This document shows, piece by piece, positions 46,522 to 56,582 of a stretch of 64,000 bases of DNA. Source of the DNA: an uncultured Alphaproteobacteria bacterium (GTDB taxonomy: Bacteria; Pseudomonadota; Alphaproteobacteria; Rs-D84); contig CAKQEW010000002.1 of NCBI GenBank assembly GCA_934230415.1, positions 64,783-128,782 on the forward strand. Direction: 5' to 3'. Every line of letters begins with the position of its first letter. The first letter of the stretch is position 1. Position numbers and translations under genes: made by a program. A model generated the notes under the pieces. The model had not been told where the DNA came from. It saw nothing but the letters and a program-made list of their open reading frames with translations, and ran no database searches.

Positions 46522-47616
46522 ATGAAAAAGTTCAGTTTTTTTGCCACCTGTGTGGGTGCGATTGCCGGCGTATCATTTGGTGCGAATGCGGCGTATCCCA
46601 TATATAACGCGGCGTACCAGGCAACCAATGCCCAGGGCCAGGTTATAAACCTGCCGGCGAACAGCCGCATTGTCGCGACAACCACGGGCGGAACAATGAT
46701 TAACACCAACGCGGCCCAGAATACGCGGGTCACGGGTGCATTGCCACGTGTTGGATCATCGGCCACCAGTGCAGGTCGTAAATATTACCAGGCATCTGAT
46801 TATGACCGCCTGGCGGACAGTGGGCTGTACATCGGTCTGTCGGCGGGGTATTCGGCGTCCATTATGGGCGGAATGAGTGCGGATTACGCCGGCGAAGATA
46901 AATCATACGCGGTTCCAGGTGCGTTCAAACGTGCGGATTTTTCATCGGACACCGTAATTCCATTACAGGTTTCAATTGGTGCGGCAATTAATAATGACGT
47001 GCGTGTTGACTTTTCGTATACGCGTTATTCTGGATTGGGGTACCCAGATACGGTTGAAACCGCCGATGGCAACGGCAGCTATGTCACCGGCCGGGTCAGT
47101 GGTGGTGCAATCACGGCGAATGCAACGATGCTGAACGTGTATTACAATATTGATTCATATACGGGATATTTGGCGGGTGGTTCATTGCGGCCGTATATTG
47201 GTGCCGGGGTTGGTATGTCGCTGAATACGATTGCCGACTATGTCGTATACGACCCAACACATTATTATATCATAGAAAATTTAAGCACGGCGGCGGCTGG
47301 TGATTTGACCACGATTTCTGATATTTACGCGTATCACAATGGTGGCACCACAGAACAGTTGGCGTTTTCATTAGAAGGTGGTATTACCACTGAATTGGAT
47401 GGTGGGATAAAGTTGGACTTCTTTGTTCGTTATGCCAACCTGGGCAAGGTTAAAACATCGGGCAGTATCGTCGTATCCCAAACCGAATGGTTAAGTGACG
47501 GCAACGGCAAAGAATACCAGGCCCCGTATGACAGCGTGTTCCACTATACAAACTGGTACGAAAGTGCGCGTTTGGGATTGGTTGATATTGGTATCCGTGC
47601 CCGCTTGCAGTTCTAG
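46522..47616 (+). CDS. Outer-membrane beta-barrel protein (hypothetical porin/surface-antigen-like)
   Basis: Signal peptide. C-terminal ...GIRARLQF. Confidence 0.5.
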   Translation: MKKFSFFATCVGAIAGVSFGANAAYPIYNAAYQATNAQGQVINLPANSRIVATTTGGTMINTNAAQNTRVTGALPRVGSSATSAGRKYYQASDYDRLADSGLYIGLSAGYSASIMGGMSADYAGEDKSYAVPGAFKRADFSSDTVIPLQVSIGAAINNDVRVDFSYTRYSGLGYPDTVETADGNGSYVTGRVSGGAITANATMLNVYYNIDSYTGYLAGGSLRPYIGAGVGMSLNTIADYVVYDPTHYYIIENLSTAAAGDLTTISDIYAYHNGGTTEQLAFSLEGGITTELDGGIKLDFFVRYANLGKVKTSGSIVVSQTEWLSDGNGKEYQAPYDSVFHYTNWYESARLGLVDIGIRARLQF

Positions 47617-47648
47617 GGTTGCAGTGACCAGAGTAGGGGGGAGAGAGA

Positions 47649-49322
47649 ATGAAATCGCATTATTATCTATTATCTATTATCTGTGCTCTATGCTCTGTCT
47701 CGGCCGATGCCGCAGTGCGTGTCGGTAATGCATCGCGCAGCTATGCCAGTGGGTATCAACAGGTAAATGCCCAGCGTGAACAGGTCGCCATGGCGGCCCA
47801 GCAGCCAATTGCCACCACCCAATCAGCGGATATGGAAACAAATCTGCCGGTGCGGGTTGCAAACCAGGAACTGGCCCAGAAATTATCGCGTGGCGAAACC
47901 GACAGTCGCACCAGTATTGAACGTCTGGAATCATGCGCAATGATTTATCCAAATGGTGAATTCGCATGGGATTCGCCAACGGTCGGGACCCGTGCCGGCA
48001 CGTCATCAACATGCGTTGCGGTGGTTGAATTGCGTGTGCCGGGGTCTATGGTTGGTTCAAACCAGGCCGAAGTAACACTGGCGCATGCGAACCTGGCGGC
48101 GGGCGATGCGTTTAAGTGCAATATATCAGAATTTCCAGAGGCAACATATACCCAGGCGGCGGGCGCGGTTACATTTCCCGCGGATAATCCGCCAACGCGT
48201 GATGACGTTGTAAAGGTTTTGAACCAGGAACAGAAGCAAAACGCCGGATTGCGTATTGCGGCGGGTGCCCTGGTCGGCAGTTTGGCCGGCAACGCCGCCG
48301 GCAAGAACGAGGTTGGTCAAGATGGCCTGTTTGGTACCGGTCGCGATAAAACCAAGAGCACGGTAATCGGTGGCCTGTCTGGGGCGGCATTGATGGCGAC
48401 AAACGCATACGCGGGTAAAACGGCGGGTGACACAATACTGTCGGCGGGTGTGAATGCGGCGGGTGGCGCGTTGGTTGGTAATATCGCGGCCAGTGGCGAA
48501 TCCGTGTTGCGCATTGAAAAATGCACCGTTGACGGCAGTGATACAACATGCCTGTGGGGTATGATTATATCCAGTAAAGATTTAGAAGCGAACCAGGTCG
48601 CGTTCCAAAACATCAGTGACAGCCAGAGCGCATTGGTGTGTAAACGTCCTGGTGATGGTGATGCAGGCACAGCGGGTGTGGAATGCGAATCAAAACAGTT
48701 GGTAAATGTTCAGCTGGCGGACTATAAAGACAAAACCCCCGAAGAGGCCAGTGCGGAGCAATACATAAATTTGCCGAGTGATAAGTATTATTACTATGAT
48801 GCCAGCACTAAAACAATGAAAACAGACAAGGGCGGCAGCGATAGAACACCATATGCAAAAATTTCCAAGGCGGGTCTTGCCGGTGACCGTTTCGCCGCGA
48901 TGGTTGTTGGCGTCCCGGACAAGGCATTTGGTATGAAACAGGCCGACTGGAACAAATGGCGTGCGAATAATCATAATGCCCGGGTTGTTGGGCGTACGGC
49001 AACCGGTGGTGCGTACACGTTACAGAATACCGCAGATTACAACATTGATAATTTTTACCCAATATCAATTGGGGCCGAAGATGGCGATATCATTGATCTG
49101 AATAACAAGGCCCGGTTAAAGGGTACACTGATTGGTACCGGTGCGGGTGGCGCATTGGGGGCATTTTCTGGATACCAGGGCGCCCAATCAGACATAGAAG
49201 ATCGTTGGGTCACGGCGGTTCGCGAATATAACGATTCTTTGCAGAAAGTGTATTGTGCAACCGGCAAACGATTCCTGGGTTATTATAACGATCAGGTTGT
49301 TATCCAAGGTTTATCTGAATAA
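47649..49322 (+). CDS. Secreted protein with a Gly/Ala-rich glycine-zipper-like region (hypothetical)
   Basis: Signal peptide. GxxxG-rich segment (GALVGSLAGNAAGKN...GGLSGAALMATNAYAGKTAG...GGALVGNIAASG). Confidence 0.4.
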   Translation: MKSHYYLLSIICALCSVSADAAVRVGNASRSYASGYQQVNAQREQVAMAAQQPIATTQSADMETNLPVRVANQELAQKLSRGETDSRTSIERLESCAMIYPNGEFAWDSPTVGTRAGTSSTCVAVVELRVPGSMVGSNQAEVTLAHANLAAGDAFKCNISEFPEATYTQAAGAVTFPADNPPTRDDVVKVLNQEQKQNAGLRIAAGALVGSLAGNAAGKNEVGQDGLFGTGRDKTKSTVIGGLSGAALMATNAYAGKTAGDTILSAGVNAAGGALVGNIAASGESVLRIEKCTVDGSDTTCLWGMIISSKDLEANQVAFQNISDSQSALVCKRPGDGDAGTAGVECESKQLVNVQLADYKDKTPEEASAEQYINLPSDKYYYYDASTKTMKTDKGGSDRTPYAKISKAGLAGDRFAAMVVGVPDKAFGMKQADWNKWRANNHNARVVGRTATGGAYTLQNTADYNIDNFYPISIGAEDGDIIDLNNKARLKGTLIGTGAGGALGAFSGYQGAQSDIEDRWVTAVREYNDSLQKVYCATGKRFLGYYNDQVVIQGLSE

Positions 49323-49349
49323 AAAACGCGCCATCGGCGCGTTTTTTTA
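49321..49349. terminator. Bidirectional terminator (AAAAAACGCGCCATCGGCGCGTTTTTTT) between convergent genes
   Basis: GC stem flanked by A6 and T7. Confidence 0.75.
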
Positions 49350-50708
49350 TGCATTAATGATTTCTGTTACGCGACGCGGAACATCGGCAATGGCAACGCG
49401 TTCCTGGCTCATGTCATCGCGATGGCGCAGGGTAACCGTACCATCTTCCAGTGTTTGGTGATCAACAGTGATACAAACCGGTGTGCCGATTTCATCGTGC
49501 CGGCGATAGTTTTTACCGATGTTGCCAGAATTTTCCAATTCAATACGACCAATGTGCAACGCGCGCAACGCGTTTTCAATATCGTTCGCGGTCTGGACCA
49601 ATTCTGGAACATTGCGTGCCAATGGAATAACCGCCGCCTTGACCGGGGCCAATTTTGGTTTCAGTTTCAAAACTGTACGGGTCTTGCCATCGGGCAGTGT
49701 TTCTTCGGTATACGCCTCTATCATAACGGCCAACATTGCACGGTTCACACCCATTGCGGTTTCAATAACGTATGGGATGAAACTTTCGCCACTTTGTGGG
49801 TCAGAATACGCCAATTTAACCGTGCTGTCGTGGTTTTCCATAACATGCGCAGAAATCTTAAATTCATTTTGTGCCTTGGTATGCGACCCCAGGTCAAAGT
49901 CTTGGCGGTTGTGGACGCCTTCTACTTCGTCAAAACCATCTGGGAATTCGTATTCAATGTCGCCTGCGGCCTTGGCATAGTGGGCCAGTTTTTCGTGTGG
50001 CGTAAAGCGCAATTTTTCCGCCGGAATCCCCAAGACATTTGTCCACCACGCCATACGTGTTTTTTTCCATTCTGCGAAATATTTTTCGTCATCCGCCGGG
50101 TTGATAAAGTACTGCATTTCTGCCTGTTCAAATTCGCGCATACGGAACACAAATCCGCGTGGTGAAATTTCATTACGGAACGCCTTGCCTATTTGGGCAA
50201 TACCAAATGGCAATTTATGTGGACACGCATCCAACACATTTTTGAAATTCACATATGTTGTGGTCGCTGTTTCTGGGCGCAGGTACGCATTGATTGCACC
50301 ATCGGCGGTTGCCCCAATGGACAGCCCCATCATCAACTGGTACGCGCGTGGGGCGGTAATATCCGTACTGCCACAATTATCGCATTTGGTTGGATCTTTC
50401 ATTTTATCCTGGCGCATGCGGGCACCACACTTTTTGCATTCAACCAGTGGGTCGGAAAAGCTGCCTTCGTGGCCAGAATATTTCCACATCAGACGATTAG
50501 AAATCAATGCCGCATCCAGCCCCTCTATATCATTGCGGGAATAAATCATGGCGTTCCACCATGCATTTTTAATATTCTTCATCAGTTCAACGCCATATGG
50601 ACCGTAATCGTATGCACCCCCCAGGCCGCCATAGATTTCAGAACCGGTGAAAATAAAACCGCGTCGCTTGCACAATGCGACAATATCATTAACTGTTTTT
50701 GCTGGCAT
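49347..50708 (-). CDS. glyQS: Glycyl-tRNA synthetase, dimeric alpha2 type
   Basis: 453 aa. Class II aaRS with the eukaryote/archaeal-type GlyRS signature (GFIFTGSEIYGGLGGAYDYGPYG). Confidence 0.85.
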   Translation of the reverse strand: MPAKTVNDIVALCKRRGFIFTGSEIYGGLGGAYDYGPYGVELMKNIKNAWWNAMIYSRNDIEGLDAALISNRLMWKYSGHEGSFSDPLVECKKCGARMRQDKMKDPTKCDNCGSTDITAPRAYQLMMGLSIGATADGAINAYLRPETATTTYVNFKNVLDACPHKLPFGIAQIGKAFRNEISPRGFVFRMREFEQAEMQYFINPADDEKYFAEWKKTRMAWWTNVLGIPAEKLRFTPHEKLAHYAKAAGDIEYEFPDGFDEVEGVHNRQDFDLGSHTKAQNEFKISAHVMENHDSTVKLAYSDPQSGESFIPYVIETAMGVNRAMLAVMIEAYTEETLPDGKTRTVLKLKPKLAPVKAAVIPLARNVPELVQTANDIENALRALHIGRIELENSGNIGKNYRRHDEIGTPVCITVDHQTLEDGTVTLRHRDDMSQERVAIADVPRRVTEIINA

Positions 50709-50769
50709 TTTTATCCTCTATTTTTAACGCACCAATTATTATACTGTTTTTGCATATTTGCAACAAAAA

Positions 50770-50795
50770 GAAACGGGGCGCGCGCCCCGTTTTAT
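50770..50795 (-). terminator. Terminator for the ferredoxin gene (GGGGCGCGCGCCCC stem with a T run on the minus strand)
   Basis: AAACGGGGCGCGCGCCCCGTTTT. Confidence 0.6.
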
Positions 50796-50811
50796 CTGTA
50801 CCAGTGCTTTT

Positions 50812-50994
50812 TTACTGTACATCTGGGGCAATTGCCGCAACCGGGCATACCGCCGCGCATGTACCACATGAAATGCACTTTGCTGGGTCAATAACACATT
50901 TGCCATCGGCCGCGGTTGCAATCGCGCATACCGGGCATGCGCCAGTACATGTGTGGCAACCAATGCATTTTGCTGGGTCAATCTTGTACGCCAT
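50812..50994 (-). CDS. 2x[4Fe-4S] ferredoxin
   Basis: 60 aa with two CxxCxxCxxxCP motifs. Confidence 0.75.
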   Translation of the reverse strand: MAYKIDPAKCIGCHTCTGACPVCAIATAADGKCVIDPAKCISCGTCAAVCPVAAIAPDVQ

Positions 50995-51017
50995 TTCTTG
51001 TCCTTTTATGTTTGTAA

Positions 51018-51761
51018 TTAATCACGGTTAAACAGGCTCAACAGATACTGGAACATTGCAATGAATGAAATATACAGGTGCAATGCCCCCAATACCGCCA
51101 ACTGGTTTTTCTGGTGTTCATTATCCGCAATCGCATTATATGCATACTTCAAATTCTGCATATCATACGCGGTAAACAGGGCGAATACCAAAATACCGAC
51201 CAGGCATACGATTGTACCAAATGTGCCACCAACCAGTGCCGGCCATATGAACGATGCCAATCCAACCAGAATTAATCCAATCATGCCCATGAACAAGAAT
51301 ATGCCCAAGAACGACAGGTTTTTAACAGTTTTATATCCGAACAATGCCATGCATGCGAACATCGCCGCCGCCAGCACAAACGCCGACAGGATTGTGAACG
51401 GATTTGTCGTAATTGCGATAATCAACAGCGGTGTCATCACAATGCCCAATGTTGCCGCATAGATAAACAGCAACGCTGCTGCCTTGGCCGGTGACATTGA
51501 AAACGCACGTGCCTGGGCCCAGATGGACAATGCCAATCCGCCGAACATCAGGACATAATAAAACGCCGACATGCCTGTTTCGGAAAACAGCATTCCCCAC
51601 AGTGGGGTTGCCATTGTAACAAATGCCGCCAGTGCCGTCACACCAACCGCACCAAACATTAACGCAAAAATTCGTTTCAGATACAGGCCCATACCATCTG
51701 CTGCACGTGGTGAACGTACGCTGGCCGTGACTGTTCTGACTCTTGATTTCTTTTCGGTCAT
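51018..51761 (-). CDS. Bax-inhibitor-1/YccA-family membrane protein
   Basis: Start at MTEKKS (ATG at 51761) after AAGGAGA. Seven TM helices. BI-1-like C-terminus. Confidence 0.7.
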   Translation of the reverse strand: MTEKKSRVRTVTASVRSPRAADGMGLYLKRIFALMFGAVGVTALAAFVTMATPLWGMLFSETGMSAFYYVLMFGGLALSIWAQARAFSMSPAKAAALLFIYAATLGIVMTPLLIIAITTNPFTILSAFVLAAAMFACMALFGYKTVKNLSFLGIFLFMGMIGLILVGLASFIWPALVGGTFGTIVCLVGILVFALFTAYDMQNLKYAYNAIADNEHQKNQLAVLGALHLYISFIAMFQYLLSLFNRD

Positions 51762-51825
51762 AACTTTCTCCTTGTTATTCACCGAATATATAATACAATG
51801 CCACCGTAAATTCAAGAGATTTAAC

Positions 51826-52680
51826 ATGGCAATAATGATTGACCCGATTTCACCGGTTGCGTTTTCTGTGTTTGGTTTGGACATACGTTGGTATGCGCTG
51901 GCATATGTCGCCGGATTTATCGCGGGCTATTATTTGTTTCGTTATTTGATGCGTCGCAGTGACAGTCAAATTCACCTGAACAAAAAACAGATGGATGATT
52001 TGCTGACCGCGGTTATTTTGGGCGTTATTTTGGGTGGCCGACTGGGGTATGTGTTGTTTTATAATTTGCCATTTTTCTTGGCGCACCCGTTAGAAATATT
52101 CGCGGTGTGGCATGGCGGGATGAGCTTTCATGGTGGTCTGATTGGTGTAATCGTGGCAACATTTTTATATGCACGCACATTGCACCGTGCGCCTGATTCT
52201 GGGATTCATGGTGGTACGGTGAATATTGCGTTGCGGATACTGGACTTGCTGGCGGTGGTGACCCCAATTGGGTTCTTTTTCGGACGCATCGCGAATTTTA
52301 TTAATATGGAGGTTATGGGTCGCCCAACCGATGCACCATGGGGCGTTGTATTCAATGGATATACGCAAATCCCATTGCACCCCAGTCCCTTGTACGAGGC
52401 CGCATGTGAAGGCATAATTTTGTTCACATTCATGTATTGCGTATACCGTTTTACAGGATTACGTCGGCATGCCGGCGCAATTGGCGGGGTGCTGGGCATG
52501 GCATATGCCATCGTGCGCATTTTCTGTGAACAATTCCGCATGCCAGATGCCCAAATTGGATTTTTAACCAGTTGGGGTCTGACCATGGGCCAGTTGTTGT
52601 CGGGTGCAATGTTTGTTGCCGGTGCCACACTTTTTATCATTGCAGCGAGGGGGAATAAACTCAAAGGAAAAAACAAATGA
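51826..52680 (+). CDS. lgt: Prolipoprotein diacylglyceryl transferase
   Basis: Lgt signature (HGGMSFHGGLIGV...GRIANFIN.E..G). The start is chosen at the ATG at 51826. Confidence 0.85.
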   Translation: MAIMIDPISPVAFSVFGLDIRWYALAYVAGFIAGYYLFRYLMRRSDSQIHLNKKQMDDLLTAVILGVILGGRLGYVLFYNLPFFLAHPLEIFAVWHGGMSFHGGLIGVIVATFLYARTLHRAPDSGIHGGTVNIALRILDLLAVVTPIGFFFGRIANFINMEVMGRPTDAPWGVVFNGYTQIPLHPSPLYEAACEGIILFTFMYCVYRFTGLRRHAGAIGGVLGMAYAIVRIFCEQFRMPDAQIGFLTSWGLTMGQLLSGAMFVAGATLFIIAARGNKLKGKNK

Positions 52681-52943
52681 TTCTTGATTATAAATTGCCT
52701 GATGTCTTGGTTGCGAACCTGACCGACACTGGCGCGTGTGATAAATGTTGCTTTAACGGGTTCTTTCCAGCGTGTTTCAAATTGCAATGCGAGGCCCCCA
52801 ATGGCAAGGTTGTGCATTGGACACTGACACACGATTGCAACCCATTTTATATGCCCGAACTGTGGCACGAATACGCACGCACGTTTCCAAATTATACAAA
52901 AATGTGCGCGGAAAAAATCGCACAGGCACAAAAAACAAAATAA
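52677..52943 (+). CDS. Small Cys-rich hypothetical protein (7 Cys)
   Basis: 88 aa. ATGA overlap with the lgt stop. No family assigned. Confidence 0.3.
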   Translation: MILDYKLPDVLVANLTDTGACDKCCFNGFFPACFKLQCEAPNGKVVHWTLTHDCNPFYMPELWHEYARTFPNYTKMCAEKIAQAQKTK

Positions 52944-53020
52944 GTTTCAGATTTTACGGTTGCAAAGTATAAAAAAAATATATACAATGCGACCGCACCG
53001 AACAAAAGTGCCGGCAAACG

Positions 53021-53071
53021 CCAGAAACAGTTTCGGATGGGTGGCAGAGCGGGGCAATAGCGACGGTCTTG
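53021..53071 (+). repeat. Degenerate tandem copy of 14 upstream nt plus the tRNA-Ser 5' half
   Basis: CAGAAACAGTTTCGGATGGGTGGCAGAGCGG...GCGACGGTCTTG recurs at 53174-53224. Only the D-loop differs. Confidence 0.6.
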
Positions 53072-53187
53072 CGTATGAGTCAGCAAGGCAAGCAGAGCGC
53101 CGCCGAGCGCGAACGAATGGTGAGCCCGCAGCGCGGTGCGAACAAAACCGCAGGTTGAAAAGACCGGCGGCAAAATGAAACAGTTTC

Positions 53188-53277
53188 GGATGGGTGGCAG
53201 AGCGGTCGAATGCGACGGTCTTGAAAACCGCTGAAGGGGCAACTCTTCCGGGGGTTCGAATCCCTCCCCATCCGCCA
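53188..53277 (+). tRNA. tRNA-Ser (anticodon TGA), class II with a long variable arm
   Basis: GGATGGGTGGCAGAGCGGTCGAATGCGACGGTCTTGAAAACCG...GGGGGTTCGAATCCCTCCCCATCCGCCA. Followed by an 11-bp perfect hairpin (ACATCCCGTGG-TAAT-CCACGGGATGT). Confidence 0.85.
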
Positions 53278-53499
53278 GAAATATTAGACATCCCGTGGTA
53301 ATCCCACGGGATGTTTCTTTTTCCCCAGAAACCGGGGATTTTTATGCGTGTGGGTAACACTGTATGTCCGTTACCAACGCCATTCCCACCAAAATTCCTC
53401 GTTACACATAGTTCACCAAAAATCCCGATGCCAGTTTGATAAAAATATATTGAAACCTAATAAACTTGTAATCAATAATAGGGTTAAAAGGATATTTAT

Positions 53500-54369
53500 A
53501 TGAATGCTAAACAAAAGCGCAATGGAGATAAATTTGGCATGGAGTGGATAAAGGATAATGCTTTCGCATTAGTCTGGTTACTGCTGTTTTTTGCTGCCGT
53601 GTTCAATGTTGGATATTTTTTGACCTTAGACTTAAAATATATCGGTTTTTTGAGTGTAAGTGACTACTATGCAGGAACAATGATATATCTTGGTTTAATG
53701 CTATTGGTGGCGTTTGGACTATGTTTATCATTTAATCTCAGAACAAAAAATACTTGGGTACAAGCCGGTAGAGCTTTTTTGTTTTGGATGAAAAATATTA
53801 TACATTTATTTAGATGCAACGTTTCTTTAATATACGAAAAATGGCAAATCAAAATAATGTTAAAAAAAATGCAGGAATATGGGACCAAACGCTATATACA
53901 GATATGGACGAAACGAACCAAAAAATTAGAAGATAAAATCTTATCGATAAAAAATGAAATAATAGGATTGCAAAAGACAGCAGTTAAAAATATTCTTAAT
54001 ATTTTAATAACAATCGGTTTTCTCTCGCTTATTAGCTTTTTAGTGTTTTATGATATTTATATACTTTCTGGTCTAAAACCCGCAATAGTAATGGTAGCTC
54101 TATTTATCGGTGGACTGTGTATGGATTCATTGGTTTCTAATGCACTCATGAGAAAAATCGTATTAGTAATAATAATTGCCGCATTTACAACTGCTTTGGG
54201 CTATAGTGTACTGATGCGTGATTTGCAAAGAAGTAATATTCAGATATGTGCAGAAACTGATTGTTTCTATCTTGTAAGAAAAATTGAAAAAGGATACTTT
54301 GTAACTAATACAACAGAGCTGTTGTTTTTAGACAACGAATTGAATATAAAAACCAGACAGAAGATGTGA
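53500..54369 (+). CDS. AT-rich multi-pass membrane protein (hypothetical; island edge)
   Basis: 289 aa with about 6 TM helices. Very low GC compared with neighbouring genes. Confidence 0.4.
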   Translation: MNAKQKRNGDKFGMEWIKDNAFALVWLLLFFAAVFNVGYFLTLDLKYIGFLSVSDYYAGTMIYLGLMLLVAFGLCLSFNLRTKNTWVQAGRAFLFWMKNIIHLFRCNVSLIYEKWQIKIMLKKMQEYGTKRYIQIWTKRTKKLEDKILSIKNEIIGLQKTAVKNILNILITIGFLSLISFLVFYDIYILSGLKPAIVMVALFIGGLCMDSLVSNALMRKIVLVIIIAAFTTALGYSVLMRDLQRSNIQICAETDCFYLVRKIEKGYFVTNTTELLFLDNELNIKTRQKM

Positions 54370-54370
54370 A

Positions 54371-55963
54371 TTAGAATAGTTTACTATTATTAGCTATTTT
54401 AAACAAATCGTTAATGTTGATTTTTAATTTCCCAGACAAGATTTGATTTATCTTTTCTGGATTTATATATGCTAGGTCGATATAGCGATAAAACTGACGT
54501 GGAGAAATGTGTTCTGATACGATGATTGTGTCCGCGTCACCGCATTCTTCATACATCTCCCGATATTTCCATGCAGTGGCGAAGGCTTTGACGATCAGGT
54601 GGTTGTTGTCGGTAATGGTCAAGACCCCGTTCATGGACTTATCAAATACTGTATTCACGTATTTGCGCAGGACAATCGGGACGGTTATGACTATTCGGTT
54701 GTCAACGACCGTGAATTCCATCGGGTCGGATTTCTGGTTGATGAAGTTTGCCTTTGCGAACTGCTGTAGTTTCGCGATGTCTGGCGTCAGATAACATATC
54801 AATTTTTCTTGCGAATATATAACCCTATCAACCAGTGATTGAATGAGTGCCTTCTTTTCTGTGTATTGTATATTGTGTATGTTGATACGTTTTAGTATGT
54901 CAACGGTCGCGGGCGGTAGCGCTGATAAATCTGCATCTAAGAACCGTGTTATGGTTTGAGTAGCAATTTCATCCACCTGGGGCGCGGGCAGATAGAAACC
55001 TTTGGTCGCATAATAATGAGTGTTTGTCTTGCCCTTGCCACAGGTTCGCTGGTTGGTAAATCGTACCCCATTGTGGTTAAACAGTTTACCAGTCAACAGG
55101 TTGGGTGAACCGCGTGTTTCAGATTTATTATTCGCATTGTTCCGTAATGCCACCTGAACACGATTAAATAATTCAGTGGATAATATCGCCGCATGCTCGC
55201 CCTGTGCAGTGGTGCCGTTGGTCTTATTTACAATCTGACCAATATAAGTTCTGTCGCGCAGAATGCGATGCATACTCATTTTTGCAATTGGTCGCCCACC
55301 TTTTGTTATGCCCTTGGCTGTTGTCCATTGTTTTGCGTGTATGTTGTGCGCCGCGGCATATTCGGTCAACGCATTTACAGATTGCAGTTCCAGATATTTT
55401 TCAAACAAGTGTCGAACGTTTGCAGCTTCGGCCTCGTTCGGAATTAACGTTTTATTTACCACGTCATAACCAAGTGGTGGATTGCCGCCCATCCATAGAC
55501 CTTTGGCCTTACTCGCACGGATTTTATCGCGCACACGTTCACTTGATACTTCGCGCTCAAACTGGGCAAATGACAGCAGCATATTCAGCGTCAGTTTCCC
55601 CATAGATGTACTGGTGTCAAACGACTGGGTAATGGACACGAAATTCGCACCATATTTTTCGAAATACTTCATCATGTTATGAAAATCCAGAATTGAACGC
55701 GACAATCGATCAACCTTGTACACAACAACAGTGTTGACCAGACCATGCGCCATATCATCCAACATTTGTTTAAGCGCAGGCCGTTCCATCGTGCCACCAG
55801 ATATCGCTGCGTCGGTATAAGTCTTGTAATATTGCCATCCGTTAAACGATTGGGACGCAATATATGCCTTGCAGGATTCTTCCTGATTTTGCAGGGAATT
55901 AAATTCCATGTCCAATCCGTGCTCGGTGGACTTACGCACATAAATCGCACATCTATTTGGCAT
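54371..55963 (-). CDS. Large serine recombinase (resolvase N-terminal domain plus recombinase and zinc-ribbon domains)
   Basis: N-terminal CAIYVRKST...S...R catalytic-serine region (YKVDRLSRS). About 530 aa, typical of phage integrase-type serine recombinases. Confidence 0.85.
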   Translation of the reverse strand: MPNRCAIYVRKSTEHGLDMEFNSLQNQEESCKAYIASQSFNGWQYYKTYTDAAISGGTMERPALKQMLDDMAHGLVNTVVVYKVDRLSRSILDFHNMMKYFEKYGANFVSITQSFDTSTSMGKLTLNMLLSFAQFEREVSSERVRDKIRASKAKGLWMGGNPPLGYDVVNKTLIPNEAEAANVRHLFEKYLELQSVNALTEYAAAHNIHAKQWTTAKGITKGGRPIAKMSMHRILRDRTYIGQIVNKTNGTTAQGEHAAILSTELFNRVQVALRNNANNKSETRGSPNLLTGKLFNHNGVRFTNQRTCGKGKTNTHYYATKGFYLPAPQVDEIATQTITRFLDADLSALPPATVDILKRINIHNIQYTEKKALIQSLVDRVIYSQEKLICYLTPDIAKLQQFAKANFINQKSDPMEFTVVDNRIVITVPIVLRKYVNTVFDKSMNGVLTITDNNHLIVKAFATAWKYREMYEECGDADTIIVSEHISPRQFYRYIDLAYINPEKINQILSGKLKININDLFKIANNSKLF

Positions 55964-56393
55964 TTTTGCTCCTTTTATTTAATCCAAAGAATTCTGTTCC
56001 GGATATTTTTATCCCGGTGATCTCTCGGGCGATACCGGATAATGACCGAAACTTGCGACCGCTATAACAGAATGTGCCGTCATCATTTGCTGTAACATTA
56101 TGTTCAATTCCGCGAAATGTGCGCCTTAAAATCGCGCCCGGTCGGATAGCGTATTTGTTTTTATAGACCCGTGTAGCGCATTCGGCAGGATTGTCTTTGT
56201 ATTTCTTGATTTTGTTCAGGAACTTTGGCTCAATTCGCAGTTTCAGACGGTCGCATTGCACGTAGTACCAAAGCGCCCGCATTTGTCGTTTGAAGGGATG
56301 TGGACTGTATTTTGCCCATATCGCCGCCCGATCTGCAAATGGCATCGCCCGCAATTCATCCAGCGTTGTTGGTAATTCAGTTTTCGCCATCAC
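55953..56393 (-). CDS. DUF2924-like small protein partnered with the serine recombinase
   Basis: 146 aa. Overlaps the recombinase start by 11 nt. Resembles the accessory proteins commonly encoded upstream of large serine recombinases. Confidence 0.35.
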   Translation of the reverse strand: MMAKTELPTTLDELRAMPFADRAAIWAKYSPHPFKRQMRALWYYVQCDRLKLRIEPKFLNKIKKYKDNPAECATRVYKNKYAIRPGAILRRTFRGIEHNVTANDDGTFCYSGRKFRSLSGIAREITGIKISGTEFFGLNKRSKNAK

Positions 56394-56582
56394 CGACTCC
56401 TCTTAAGGTTGTGCAATTACTGCTTACATTGGGAGCGAAGTCAAGAACAAAAACAAAGTATTTATAATAAGTTATGTGATTATGAAAAATTCTAAATGGC
56501 CATCACTGTATATTATATAGCAATACGGGCAAAAAATAACCTCCGTATTGCGGCCAAAAACAACCAAACATGGAGGTATTAT

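Noticed and set aside
52947-53360. ORFs 52947..53360 (-), 52960..53178 (+) and 53080..53271 (-) across the tRNA-Ser region
   Set aside because: They overlap a clear class II tRNA and its partial duplicate. They are artefacts.
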